From Vicugna vicugna (lineage: Eukaryota): DNA of 64,000 nucleotides. Where the stretch lies: NCBI GenBank assembly GCA_013265495.1, contig MU057521.1, positions 434,001 to 498,000 of the forward strand. Reading direction: 5' to 3'. Within the stretch, counting starts at the first letter, position 1; each line of letters starts with the position of its first letter. The notes under the pieces are model-generated. The model saw only the letters and a list, made by a program, of their open reading frames with translations, searched no databases and had not been told where the DNA came from. This document shows, one piece after another, positions 36,684 through 50,960 of the stretch. Both the position numbers and the translations under genes were made by a program.

Positions 36684-39600
36684 GTCCGGCTTGGTCCACG
36701 TGTAACTAAGCTGCTCAATGTCTTATAAAGCAGGGTTCCCACAGGATGAGCGGTAAGACAACCAGAACAATTTCAACGCAGATCTTAAAAACTTTATTCA
36801 ATATGAATAATATTCAGCTGCCCCAAGATGTGAGTTCCAGCAGGCTCGTGACCTTTCTGCTCACTCTTAGGCATCCGACAACCCTAAGATCCACTGCAAA
36901 CACAATCTCATTCAGAAATTAGAGTGGATAGTCTCACTTTAAAAAACTAATTTATAAACAAATAAATAAATAATTTGAGGGTAACAACCTGTCTTGGCAA
37001 TTTACCCCTGCCTCAGGTTAAAAGCCTAAGCTACAAACGGGTTCCCTTCTTGATTCCTCTGCCTTGTGAGTCTGTAATCACCTCCTTCCCTCAACCCTTC
37101 CGAGTTTGCTAGTCTGTTCCTTATAACTAGAAGCAGGTGGAGAAAGAATTAAGAAAAGCTAGAAAGACCTTATTGATACCTTTAAACACAAGCTCTGTGC
37201 AACCTTGACCTTGCCGGTTAAATGGAGACACTGCAGCCCCAATGCAGGTTCTTTGGATGTCCTGCGCTCGGCCTCTCTAACTTCAGTTTCTTTCACCCAG
37301 GCTGATGCTGAGACCTGAGATGTGACTCCATCTTCAGCCCCAAAGGGTCCAGCATTTATTTCCAGATTCTTGCTGTCAGGGGTCCTCTGTCCATCCAACT
37401 GGTATTATTTTACTGGACTCAAGGCAAAGCCACCCATCTTTCTCTTTCCTTCACCCACATCTGGTCCATGACAAACACCTCCTCACTCCTTGCCTTGCCA
37501 GACACTAGGAGGGCATGGGAACCCAGGCAGCCCCTCTTTCCTGCAGATATAGAACTAACAGTCCAACCCTGCATGTCTCCAAACCACAGGAAACACAGGT
37601 CCCATAAAGCACCTCCTTAGACAAGGGGTGAGTCTGCTATCAGAGCACTGACTCTGTACAAGGAAATCTCTACACAAACCCTTCCCTCTTTCTACTCTGA
37701 TCGATTTTTATCCAGAATCTGGTTGAGGGAGTCCAGGAATCACGGAACAAGCTCTCTATGATTTCATTTGTAAATTCTCCATCTGGAGGGTGTGTCTGAC
37801 GCCCACTTCAGTATTGTATTGGCACCACAGTAAACAAGGAGGCAGAAATAGTTCCACGTTAACATCTTATTTACCAGGTCACAAGAAATGCCAATCAATT
37901 CAGCTCATCACCTAGATTTGATAACCTCAAGATCAAAAGTTTGAATTCACAAGGGGAGGAGATTATGTTTTCCCGACATTCAAATAAATTCATTTTTTTC
38001 ATTAATCACACTTATTAATATGCATCTGTAAGAAAAATCTGTCCTGATTTTAAGACATTCCTGGAGGTGCAGGGAGAGGAAAACATGCTAGTTTGGTGAT
38101 ACTCCGTGAGGCTAACTGCCTGGAGAACTGATGTAACAACACAATGACTGCAAGCCGGGCTCAACGGACTGGACTTTCTGTGCATTTGGAGAAACTGGAG
38201 GAGCAGCTTTTGCTCAACTTTCAGCTTAAGGAATGACATTATACCTCCACTGGTAATATTAACAATCAGAGTATTTTGCTGCAAAACTTTGGAATTTAAT
38301 CTACTCATATGAATCTTCTGGGGGTGCTTGTTTTGAGTACTTTAAATCTTAATTCCTAAGTGCATCTTCAAATAACAGATGCTAAAATATGTACAGTACA
38401 AATAAAAGTTTTCACCTCCCTGCACATTTCTAACGGCCCTTCTTACATTTATTAGTGCCACCTCTGTGCCTTCTGGACCTGTATTCTCTTTATACTTGCT
38501 TCCCACATCATTAGGTCTGTTCAGCACCGGCCCTCAAACTATATGAAGGAATATATGGAACGCTCACATTTTCTCTAACTTGTTTTCCTAATGAAATGCT
38601 TTGGTATGATTTGAGTCCCTTTCCTGGTCACAGGGGAGCTTTTGAGAAGTTTTCTATATGAAGTTTTCAGGGTCCATATCATTCATTGCCTCCTTTTTCT
38701 TACTCTCATTATTAAAGAGAAAATACCCGGTCCTGTGGGACAAAGACATACTTAGGAGATAAAAGTGATGAAAAGTGGTAAGAGTAAGAAATGCGGCATG
38801 GTTTTTACTTGAGTTCCTTTGCCTCCGTCCCTTCGCTCTGCCTTTCCCCCCAAACTCATCTTCTCCATCGCTTTTCTCATCTAGAAGAAACGGCAGCTTA
38901 ACACTCAGTGGCCCACGCCACGGTCTCACGGCTTTCTCCTTAAATCCAAGTCCACAGAGCAAGCTCTTCTAGGGAGCTCTCGTGTTATTGCCATCAGTCT
39001 GCCCGGAGCTGTGGAGCGTCCCATGTGGACTCAGCCCGGCCTAGCCCGGAGCCTGGCCCAGACAGCTTAACAACTGACCCAGAAACAGTCTGGAAATCCT
39101 GTCTGTGACGGTCATTTGGACGCTTCACTCATCTTTTTTTAATTTCTGTCATAAATGAAAACAATATGAAAAGGCAAGGACAGTGAAGTTTTGACCGAGA
39201 AGATACTCCATTTTCAGTGCCTGTGTGGCTTTGTTAAATTAGAATCCCTTTCAGAACTGCTGTGTGGCCATTTTCAGTCCTTCCATTTCTCTTTTGTCCA
39301 CTCAATAAATATGACCTCCCAGTCAGTAAGAGAGCTCTGTGATCCGTAAGAATCCCAACGGTGGCTAAGGGGAAAAAGAAAGCTATGAAGATGCCTTCAC
39401 AGCCTTTCTACCCCAGACCCTACATTTAGGACCATTAATAATCTCTTTAAGTTAAAAAGACCTAGAGATATTATCAGTATTTACCTATTTTATCCTATAC
39501 TTTCTGTGAATTCAACTCAGTAACTGTATGCAGAAATCACAAAATATCTGGAATAAGAAAAGAACCAGAACAATAACCAACCCTTCTAAACATCCAGATG

Positions 39601-41879
39601 TTTGGTGCCATGCAGACAGAGCAGCCAGGAGATTTCTGAATTCCTAGCAGATGTTTTCAAATCATGCATGTTCACCTGCAGCCCCTGTTTTCAGGTGCTC
39701 AGGGATGTAATTCTTTGAGAGAAAGAAACTCAAAATTGTAGCCCTGACATCCTTTCTTCCTTTTATTTAGTCATTATTTCTTGGTTAACTTGAAACACAG
39801 GAACAATATCCTGAATGTAATTTCTCCCCAAATTATGACAGCGTTTACAGAATACTTTCAGTATAAAAATGTTCTTTTGACTGAAGAGCTGTAAAAGAGG
39901 AATCAATAAACCTTTATACTTTGGAATTTTCCCCTCAGTATTTCTAGTCCTCCTTCCTTGTGTTTGTCCTCCCGTTCACCCCAAACAAAGCAGGGCCGTG
40001 AAGGAAAGGGTGCTTGAGAGAACTCGGCTGTGGACTGCAGATTCCTCGGGCTTACCTGGCAGCTATGCACCTGGGGCCGGGCTGTGTGATACAGGAGGAA
40101 AACTGCTGCACTGTATCAGGCTGTTAACTCTGAGGCTTAGTGTTAATCCAGGACTCAATGAAATTTTTCATCTAACCTCTGGGTGCTAATCTCCTTGATA
40201 TGAGATTGCTCCTTCCCCTCCAATGTTCAGGACTCGGATGTATGCACAGAACAAGTTTCATCCACAAATCATGGACCCCTGCTGATGATTACTTTTGTGT
40301 GTTAAGCCTGCTAAATTCTAATGCTCTGATTCCATAGCTGTGTCCCCTAAGTTATTAGGTGGTCAACCCAAATGCCAGCTGTCTGGGATTTACCAAAGCA
40401 GTCGTCTGAAATGATGCTTTGAGTAAAAAATGGTAGAGAACATTGATTTCTCAAATGATTAAAACTAGCTTCCTAGTGCTATTTTGTACTGGTCTTGTCT
40501 TCATTACTTTTGTCATGTTTTTACTGAAGATGAGAAGCATGAAAAGTGGGATGTTCTTCATTCTATACCTTATGGTTGCACACAAATAAGTTGCTCAGTT
40601 GCAGGAATATAATCACAGTGATAAAGGCAGCAGTACAAATGGAGGGGCTCACTTCTCTAGGATGAGAAAAAGAAAAGAAAAAGGAAAAGAAAGAAAAACT
40701 CATTTAATGATGTCAACCTAAGATTTTTGAGAAGTAATAGATCTTTATGGATCAGTTGGTGGCAGGGAAGTGAAAACATTCTTGTGCGTTGGTTTTTATT
40801 TTCTGTTTGTTTTTAATGCAACAGAAATGCTCTGTTTATCTTCTTCCTTTTATGAATTCATGTCAATGACCTTTGGGCAGAAGTATCGGAATTCATTGCT
40901 GGAGGACTGCTTGAGCTAGTGTGATTGATCAGCGCTCCCTCAACCCACTATCTCTTTTCAGATCACATCTAACAGTGAGCTTCTTCCCTTTCTCCTGCCT
41001 TTTAATTTTGCTCAGTTTCATTACTGGCCCTATGGCTGAATGCATTCATTTATTCACTTTTGACGATTTCTTTTTTATCCCCCTATTTTCTCAACCCAAT
41101 GCATTTTTAACATCATTTCAAATAGAGAAGCTTTGGGGTGTAACATGCCTAGAACACTCAATGGTAAATAATGTCCTGATTAAATGATTATATTACTGCT
41201 AAACAGCGATGTTTGCTCAGCCACAGTGTGGGTTCCCACAGATAAGCCTGGCAAAAGACTCTGTCCATTACGTTGCTTCCAAGAATCCACTGTATGTACC
41301 GCATTTTATGAATGACCTATGTTGGCCAAGGAGAGATATATAGAGTCATTTCTTGAGCCCAAGAACCCACTGTGGTCCTTTAGGCATGATGCGACCACCA
41401 GGAGAACGTTTATCTTCTCTAGATCAGCTAGAGAGAGAACTGAGTAAAACTGTCCAGGAATATCGACCCAAATCTCTTGTTTGAGAAAGCTCTGTCCTAC
41501 TCCCCTCTTAATCCTATTCTCACTTCCTACCCACCACCGGCTGGACATTTTCAACATGATTAATGGAGAGTCATTGCCAAGGTGGGGTAGTGAGGGAGAG
41601 CAAGTCTCACCCTGGGGCCCAACAGCACGTATCTCTGTGGTACCAGCTGTAGCTGGGATTCCATTTCCCCATGGAAGCAATGTTAGGACTAACAGGAACG
41701 TACAATGGAAATAGTGTCCCTAGTATAATACCTCCAGTATGTTGTGAGTGACACAGACTTTTTGGCTGATCTGCAATTTTAACATCCAAAAGTTTTATAG
41801 TTTTAAATAGGGAGCTAGGTTGATGGTTCTGAAAACTACCAAAATAAAGCTTCTGCTAGGGAAAGGAGAGAGCACTGTT

Positions 41880-42068
41880 GAGTGACTATACTTCAGGCAC
41901 TGAACTTGGAAAAGGCTTTCAATACAGGTATTATTAGCCCCATTTCATAAATAAGAAAAGTGAAAGTGAGAGAAGTTAAGTAAATTGCTCGATTCACCAT
42001 CTCTAATAAGCGCAGGAGTAAAGATTCCGATACAACAGTGTCTGTCTGCAAAGCGCATGCTTCTCAAA
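41880..42068 (-). mobile_element. MIR SINE
   Basis: aggtattattagccccatttca...gagagaagttaagtaaattgc. Confidence 0.8.
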
Positions 42069-43329
42069 TGCCCCTGGCGGATAATTGGGATACAATTTCT
42101 TCACCGATTGGAAATTGCTAATATTAAAGAAAAGAAGTGTGATCATGGCTTTATTTTGCCATTAACAAAAATTAAAGCAAAAAACAAACAAAACAAAAAC
42201 AAAACAAATCCACAATCCTGTCAATAAAATAAATCAAACTGTCTTCACAAATCCTTTCAGGTTTGTTGGTGTCCAGATTTTGACTCAGCAACTTAAAAAT
42301 CACAAGCTCTCTGGCAAATTAGTCAATTCCTTGATACCTCAGTCTCCGCATCTGTGAAAGTGACAGTGACGGTGACACCCCTTCCTGCTAAGGTAGCATA
42401 TTTATGGGCTCCACGGATTGAGACGTGGACGTCCTTGGAAGGTCAGTTTCTCTGCCCACCAAATGTCCCTCACATTGGTTCACTCAGCAAGGGGTGATAC
42501 ACGTGTGATTTGTTCTTTTCCCTCAGAGTGAAGAGGCGCAGCCTTCCCCTATTCCTGACACAACCTTAGCTCTCAGCCTTCCGGGTCTTAGTCACAGCCT
42601 TGACGTAGCTCCTGTTGAACTGAACCTTCCATGGATTACATGCCAAGAGCATCCTCACCTCAAGGCAAACCTTTCATGAAAGGCTCTCGTCTTGGCTGCT
42701 GCCTTATTCACTCCAGCTCATACTGCACAATCTCACCCTTTTGGACCCATTCCAGGCCAAGGGGCGCCAAAGGTGGCTTCACAGCTCCCGCTCACAACTG
42801 CTTCCCCACCAGGGCTCCCTGTGCCGTCACTTCCATCCTGCTGGGAATACATCATGTTACCACAAGGTTAAAAAGACTTCCTCTTTTTCCACCACCCCAA
42901 CTTCCATGTAGAAAGCAGGACACAAAAGGCTCTTTGCTTTTGTTTGCCATCATTGTATCCAATAACACCTACTTCTTCCAAGATTTCAGCTTGAAGAGGA
43001 GGTGGGCGGTCAGGGACAGGACGGCCCCATTACTTTATTTCCCTTCACTCCTTGTCTCCAAATGACCACACTCGATAGACTGAGAGGGGAAGAGAACTGG
43101 TTTCCTTCTTCCGTCCTCTGTGTTATTTTCCTTTCCTTCCTGAGAAGGTATTTGCCCTGCCCTGTATCCTGGGGCCAAACTGATGAGGAAAATATTGATA
43201 ATAAAAATTATAAAACATTATCTTTGTTACAAGGACCATTTTATATTGTATTTGCAGTACTTGCTTTATCATACTAATGTGGGCTCTTTTGGTTAGGAAA
43301 ATAATATTTATAATTATTATTTGTAATGA

Positions 43330-44040
43330 TTCCATAATATTCCTTCTCACAAAGAAACATTTTTAAGCACTATAGTAGAGAGAGGGATATGTAAATTGTA
43401 CACAGTTACCATTTTCTCTTTTAATTCTTTTCCTTAGGATAAATAACTTTAATTGCAATTATTGCACCCAGACTATAAAAGTCTACAATTCTTAAACCCT
43501 ATTTTCATAGTAATTTCCCAAAAAGGTTATTCCCATTTATACTGATAGCTGCGATATGGGCATATGCACATTTTACAACATGTTTCTCAGCATAGAGTAT
43601 TAACATTTTTTAAAAGTTGTGGTAATAATAATAATGACAGATAGGCATATTGAGTCTGATTCTGAGCCAGGTGGTGTTCCAGCAGTTTTCATGTCTAGTG
43701 AAAACATGCATAAAAATACATAGATGCTTACAATATCCCTGTGTCATATTTTTACCTTATTTAACAGATGAAAAACCTGAAGCAGGCGGATTAAGTAATT
43801 TTTCCAGTTCACACAGCTAGAGTATGAGGTAATTTCATAGATGCTTTAAATATAATTTCTTTGTAGCCTAGTTGGATATTTCTCCATATGCATGCTAACT
43901 CTTAAGCAAGCCTTAGGGGAGTTTCACTGTTTTTTTAAACAAAAAAAAAAAAGTGTGAGCTTTTCATACAATATATGCTAACCTTTTGGCTGGTATTTTG
44001 TGATAGATATTTTCACAGTCTATTATTAATAAGCTTTTAT
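43330..44040 (-). mobile_element. Old L1 fragment(s) interrupted by a MIR (~43620-43825, minus)
   Basis: ttcccaaaaaggttattcccatttatact (reverse L1 ORF2 end); acagatgaaaaacctgaagc...attaagtaattttccagttcacacagctag (MIR). Confidence 0.55.
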
Positions 44041-45753
44041 ATGTTTAGTCTACCCACTATGCTAAAAATATGGTTATTCATATAACCTTTTCCTGGTGCT
44101 TTGTTTAAAAGAAGAAATATAAGAGAAAATCTTGTAGCCTGGTTTCTAAAAAAAAATAGCCTACTGGGACTTCCTAATACTCAAAATTACACATAATATC
44201 TAAAAGGACATTTCATCACATATAACATTAACTTTAATTTATATCACCTGGCATGCAATGAGCCATATTTCTTTCAGTGGCTAAGCTGTTGCCAGGTTCT
44301 AAATTAGTCCCCTTATGGAAGCTGCATTAACTCCTTCAGGAGACCACTGCAGCAGTGAGTACAGATACTGCCTAAGGAGTGGCACGAGGGTTGCATTTGC
44401 TACAGAGAGCAGGACCTCAGGCAGGGGAAGCCACGGTGCATGGTCTCTGGATGCCTGCCATCCCGACAGGCTGCCTGCCTCCTGGGCTAAACACAGGGGC
44501 TGCTCCTACTTCAGGAGCATCTGTGTCTGGCAGTGTAGCTGGCTGACCAGTTGACTTAATCCATAGCTAAGAGCTAAATAGATGTAAGAAGCTGGACAAG
44601 GTCCTGATCTGTTCTTGGCAGAATGATGAAGTGTGTGAAGTCTGCTTATTCTGCTGCAAAGCTTCTCTCACTCTTTTCTTTGACCCCTCCTACACCATCA
44701 GTTTCCCCACCTCTGCTGCCAAACTTCCACTACATCCACACTCCTACCTTACTCATCCAACTCAGACTCCAGAATTGGTTCTAGCATCATTTATCCAATT
44801 AAAATACTAATAATGTGCCTATTACGTGCTAGCAGTTGAAACTACAGTAGTTATCAAGACACAGTCCTTGCCCTGGAGGGGCGTACACTTGGCATCTTAG
44901 TGTGAGCTTGGTCTTTGTGCTACCTCCCCTAGGGTATTCGGCATTAAGCCTTATTTCTTGTAAATTTCATTCCATGTTTCAGTAATTCGATGCTAATAAT
45001 AGTTTAAGTGATAAAAGAGCCATCCGGGTACCCTCTCAAGTCTCCTCTCCCTCCCTCCTGTTCTCTCTCTCGTTCCCTCAGCTTATACCCCGAGACACAT
45101 TCTCAGTGCCTATGCTGAGACTTCACAACTCTGACGTTTTCTAACTTGCTATGGAAGGAAGAGTGAATTAAGTGTCAAATTCACCATAGTACTTATCCAG
45201 TGAAGAAATCAATAATAAAATGCTTTTCCAATGTAAAATTTGTGTTGCATAAAAATGAGGACTATCTAAATGAAAACAGAGATAGAACAACACTGTAGGA
45301 AATGTATTTTGAAACTATCCACACAGCGAATAACTTATGATGGTTACAGACTGTTCTAACCTTTATCTTAAGAAGGGAGCAATTACTCACAGCCACGTGG
45401 TGTAGATGAATTATCATTACTCACTTGTGAAAGCGAACATGTAAATGTCACTGTAGGCACTAATATGCATGTAATAGCACCCTACTTTTAATGGAATATT
45501 TGTGCTGATAGTAAATTTAAAAAGATGTTATTTCTAGGCATTAAAGAACCTCTTTCATTAAAGAGGAAAGGAAAAAGAAAGGAGAAATAAAAATATGAAA
45601 AAAACATGAACGAAGACAGTAGGGAAAGAGACAAAAAGTAGAAGAGAAACAGATAACAAAACTCACGAGTGGTGGGTAAAGCTAGGGGTCTGTACATGAA
45701 TTACCTCATTTAATATTTATTTTTATACCCATGAAATAGGTATTTTTAATCTC

Positions 45754-46271
45754 AGTGTTAGTCAGTCTACAGAGAAACCAAAAGAAAACCAAAAGAATAT
45801 ATGTATATACGTATGAGTGTGTGTACGTACATATATAGAGAGAAAGAGGCAGAGAAAGAGACAGAGACAGACAAATATAGAGACACAGAGAGAGATTTAT
45901 TTTAAGGAACTGGCTCACATGACTGTGGGGATTGGCAAGTCTGAAATCTGAAGGGCAGGCCGGCAAGCTGGAAAAACCAGCAAGTTGCTGTTGTCTGAAG
46001 TCTTAGAGTCTGAAGTCTGGAAACTCAGGTAAAATGACTACGTTGCAATCTAGAGGCAAATATCCTTCTTCTTCTGAGAATCAGTCTGTTCTCTTAAAGC
46101 CTTCAACAGATTGGGTGAGGCCCACCCACATTATGGAGGGTGATCTGCTTCACTCAGAGTACACTGATTGCAATGTCAATCACATCTTAAAATTACATTC
46201 ACAGCAGCATCTAAACTGGGATGCTGGGCACCATAATCTAGACAAATTGACACACATAATTAACCACCGCA
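45754..46271 (-). mobile_element. MLT2 (ERVL) solo LTR with internal (TA)/(GA) microsatellite
   Basis: agagatttattttaaggaactggctcac...gattgggtgaggcccacccacattatggagggtgatctgctt...ttgacacacataattaaccaccgca; 5-bp TSD atctc/ctctc. Confidence 0.92.
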
Positions 46272-46344
46272 CTCTCATTTTTAGAAATGGGAAAATGGAG
46301 GCTCAGAGATGTTACTAACTTACCCAGGGGCACACAGGAATCGT

Positions 46345-46580
46345 GGCTTATTGGAGCGGAGCACAGCACAAGCTCTGGAAAAAATGTCTTTGAAAGCATC
46401 CCAGCTGCAACAATTACCAGCTGTGGGAACTCAGGGAATTAACACGTCTGTGCCTTAGTTCTCCCATCTATGAAGGAGATTATTTGGCATACTCTTCATG
46501 GTTGTTTTAAGGACTGAATGAGAGAATGCATTCGGATACTATGCATGGAATATAAACAGGCCTGCAATAAACATATGCTG
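46345..46580 (+). mobile_element. MIR SINE nested in an oppositely oriented MIR
   Basis: atcccagct...ttaccagctgtg...tctgtgccttagttctcccatctatgaa; flanked by minus-strand MIR pieces at ~46272-46340 and ~46590-46635. Confidence 0.75.
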
Positions 46581-47719
46581 CCCTCCCAGGGCAGAACCAG
46601 ATTCAAATTCAAGGTTGGCTAACTTCAGGCTAATCTACCAATGAATAAAACTCACATCCCAATGTCGAGAACACGAAACACTAGTTTGTTTGACACAGAC
46701 AAATCAGGTGCTGTATATTTATGCTACTGCTTTAGCAAACATTGAAATGTGTCATTTTACGGGTACCTGAAGCCTTCCGTCAGGTTCTGAGAAGAGAAGG
46801 AGGGCAAAGGGCATATACATAATAAAAAAAAAATCAGAACACCAAGGCCATGACCCTCAGAGGAGCTTACAGCCTAGTCTGGAAGACAGATGTGTTTGCC
46901 TCACATGAAGTTCAGAACTGAGCAGCTCAAGGGGCACATGGGAGCCCTGCTATTAGGGCACAAGCCACATTCAAGTGTCCCCTCATCAGAACGACTGACA
47001 CCAATAAAAAGAATAATGTGTCCATTATCATTTCCAGTGTTTTCATGCAAGGGCAGCCTCTGCAGGGACATAAGAACCATCTCAGTAAGGTAAGGGAAGT
47101 AAATACATTGTCTACGGCATATAAAACTGTTAGGCCATTATATATGCTCATGACACAATACCAATAACCCAAAGAAATTACAGTGGTTAATGACCAGCTT
47201 GCTCTAGCATTAGTGCCCGCTTTTTACTTTGGGCTGTTAAATAACAAACATTAAGCTGCTAGTCATAATCTGTTCTGTTGGGATTATTATTTGATAAAGC
47301 ACACTTTTTGCTGTATATATAGTTAGGTACTAAGGTACAGTTCAGCAGTAAGCAATCTATTTTCTTCATTCTTTAGGTTAAAACAATACATGAAACAGGA
47401 ATGCCTTTCTGTTTTATGTTTTGATCCATTACATGCACAAGAGAAGAGGGGAAAAAAAAATAAGCAGCAGCTAACTTCAAACTTACAAAGCTCCCTTTTA
47501 AAAATTCCCTCAAAAGGACTGAGTAAGTCACCACTCTCTTCTGTGATGTGAACAACTTCCTACACCTCAGAGGTGACGAGCACATTAATTAATAAACATA
47601 ATTCCCCCATGTTGATATACCAAGTGGAATTTAACTCATCAAATGTTTATGTTCCCTCTTAGCCTCCAACTGTAATTTACTGTAAGTAACTAACTGTTTC
47701 AGTGCAGTCTTCAGGCCCC

Positions 47720-48072
47720 TACTTTTGCCCACTCCATCCATCCATTCCTCTAGTGAACTCATATTTTAAGAGATCGTTCAATTATTTGCTCCTCTTGTAT
47801 AAGTCGCTTCTATCAGCTCCCTCTGTATACAACCTAATGGTAGCATCAATTTCTCCCTCAGGTGTACCCCTTGCATGCTGTATGTTGTGTATAGAGTTTT
47901 AACAGAGCATGAATCACCTTTTAAAGCACCCTTCTGTTACGAGGCTGACTGCTAGCAGATTGTATGTTTCTTGGGGCCAGGGGCTGTATTTTATTCATCT
48001 TCTATTCCCAATGCTTAGAGTATACCTGAAATGCATTAAATAATTAATAACACTTGATGAATAAATGAATGA
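47720..48072 (+). mobile_element. L2 3' end
   Basis: ttttattcatcttctattcccaatgcttag...tgatgaataaatgaatga. Confidence 0.75.
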
Positions 48073-50039
48073 GAGGGAATATCATAGTTGCTCCCCAAAG
48101 TGCTTCAACTGCTTCCAGCTGGTTGCTGGAAGAATTTGTTTTTGCACTGGAGAATTGGTCATGGTGAATGTGAATACTGGAATCAGAACATCAGAGACAG
48201 AAGGGACTTCAAGAACCATCAGTGCCTCGTTTTACAAATAAGAAAACCTTGGCCCACAAAGATTACTTTGGTAAACTGACGTAGGTTGCAGGTGCCAGTG
48301 CTAGCACCAGAATTGACATCTTCCAACAATTTATCAGCTATTCTTGAGTCTCCATCATGCTGTCTCTCTTGAAAGCAAAGTGCATTCCCTTCAAAAATCT
48401 TGTATGTTGACACATCAATTAATTCACAATGGCCTCCACTCACTTACTCATATTCAGTGAGCTTATTATTATAGCATTAATTCTGCTTTTCCCAAAGGTT
48501 ATACTTTCTTAAAAAGTCTTCCATGACACAGCTTCTTAAATAGACATAAGCCGGTTTGGGGGTTCTGTTTTTATATATAAACATTGATAGATACATGAGA
48601 TGTCATTTTTGGGGTAATATGTAAAATATATGTAAAACATATATATTTTGCCAATGTAGGGTTTTTCAAAAAGTACTAGTATGTAGCTTGCTGTGTTCAT
48701 GTTATATTTACACTTAGGGACACTTTTCCTTAACTCTCTGTTGGATTAGCCTCAATCATGAAAATAACAATTTCAATGAAGTAAACACTTATCTGCACAA
48801 GTAGAGATGTTTCCACCTCTTGAAAATTGAATCTTTTATGATTTAATGGCTAAGGTAGTCATCTATAGGTCTGGTAATTCCACTCAGGATTTTGATTTTT
48901 CCGTGTGTTGGTAAGACCTGACAGTCGCATGGAGGTTCACCGCAGCAAGAACAGTTAGAGAGCTCAGGATTCTAAATAATGGAATGCCAATGGGAGGAGC
49001 CTTTCTTTTAAAGTGTTTAAGACATATTTTAAAATCTGAATTACCAATTTCAAGAGAACACTGTAATATTTTTTCACACTCATATTTTTACATTTGTTGA
49101 AGTTTAAAAGTTTACATCAGGTCAGCTTACACATGACAAGGAATGGTTGGCCTGCAAATGATAAATGAAGATGTAGGTTTGGCCTTGTTAGGGTGTCAGT
49201 CATTTTGACGGACAAATTTCACTGCTGAAATAAGCTTTAAATTTTCCATACATTTGAATACCTGTTGAAGTATTTAATGCAGCCTCCAATTCTCTGAAAA
49301 AATGCTGTCTTCAATAAAGAGTCAAAAAATATTGCATGGTTGGTAACAGTGCTGCTTGCACACCTCAGACTGCCCTCTGGACCATGGTCCTCGTGTCTCC
49401 TTATGGGCATGACTGACCATCCTTTCACTGACCTCAACAGATGATTTAAATTCTGAACACCAACACACTAAGAAGGCACAGGCATAAAACTGGACTGTGT
49501 AGCACAAAAAGTGAATGACAACAGGAACCACACGGATTATCAGACCCAACCCTCAACGTATCACAAATAGAAGTGAACCAACACGTCACTCGTTAGTGCC
49601 ATAATGGAACTAAAATCCAGGCTTCCCAATTCTCTCCTCTGTGATCCCTGCTTGTATCTCCTTTTTTCACATTCATGTCCTCATAAGACAATTCTTTTTT
49701 TTAAAAAAAGTGTAGCCCTTCTTAAAGAATTTAATAGCATCTGTTTTACAGTGACTCCTTATCCATACAGTGACTCCATATCCATGCCATGTATCCAAAC
49801 GCAGAAGTCAGAGTTGTGACTCCATGCCATGTTTTATGAAAGATATTTGTTGAAACACTTAGTATCAGTTTTGGAAGGCAAAATAAAAGTAGATTTTGCT
49901 TTTTTCAATATAGTTGATGAAATGTATTTGTTTGTCCCAGAAAAGTGAGGGAGACCACTGAAATGGCATGCCCTTTGGAAGAACCAGAATGCAGGGTAGC
50001 GACCATGAAATGAATTCCTGTCAAAAATACGACTCAATG

Positions 50040-50960
50040 ATCTAAAAATTAATGTGCCTGTTTATACAGGAACTAGGAGGTAGCCTGTCAGCATAGACAG
50101 GAGGAGGAGAGGCAAAAGAATCACCCTCTGTGTCATTTATACTGTATTTTGAGTTTATTAAAAATAAAAATTCTCATACAAATGTAGAACTATATCTACA
50201 TATATGTAAATTTAAACTAAAACTATTTTACTGGGGAAAAGGGAAATCCAAGGAAAAGCTTCACACAGATGATAAAAACAGGAAAAGATGCTCAACCTCA
50301 CTAGTTTATGAGAATTACAAAGATCGACGATAATTACGTTGAATACTTTATGGGAAATCAGGCATGAAGTTCTGGAGAGGGTGGACATATAGAGAAAGAG
50401 AGCATTTCAGAGAAAAATTCAGTACATGTCCCCTGACTAAACAATTGTTATTTCCAGGAATCTCTTCTTAGAAAGTTTCACTCATGTAGATGTGAATGTG
50501 TACATGTGTACATATTCATAGGTTTTCAAAGGAATGTCTTTAAGAATAGTAATTATAGCATTGTTAAAGTAAAACTTTACAAACATGCTAAATATTTACC
50601 AATAAATATATCACTATGCATATACATGGAATATGTAGCCATTAAAAGGAATGAGACCACACACGTGCAAATGTGGAAAGATCAAAAAGACTCATTAAAC
50701 AAAACCAGCAAATCACATAATATAATCCTATTCACATATTTTTGAAAACTGCACCTATATGGCCATGTTTATAATTTTAAAAGTAGTGTGTCTATGAATA
50801 TATGTGTATAGGAAAGTCCTAGAAGTATAAAGAAGCAAGCATTAACAGTAACTGCTTTCTGAGAAAACAGAAATTGAACAAGGAAAAGAGACATTCATTT
50901 TTACTACCATATAAAAATAAGTTGCTCTAATTTTTTACAGCATTCATGTATTACTTTTAT
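50040..50960 (+). mobile_element. Old L1 (L1ME-like) fragments
   Basis: gaaaagatgctcaacctcactag; catggaatatgtagccattaaaaggaatgag. Confidence 0.6.

Noticed and set aside
42631..43065. 144-aa ORF, and a CTCF-like ccaaggggcgcc at ~42757
   Set aside because: No recognisable domain; the motif lacks the conserved 5' CC and AG spacing
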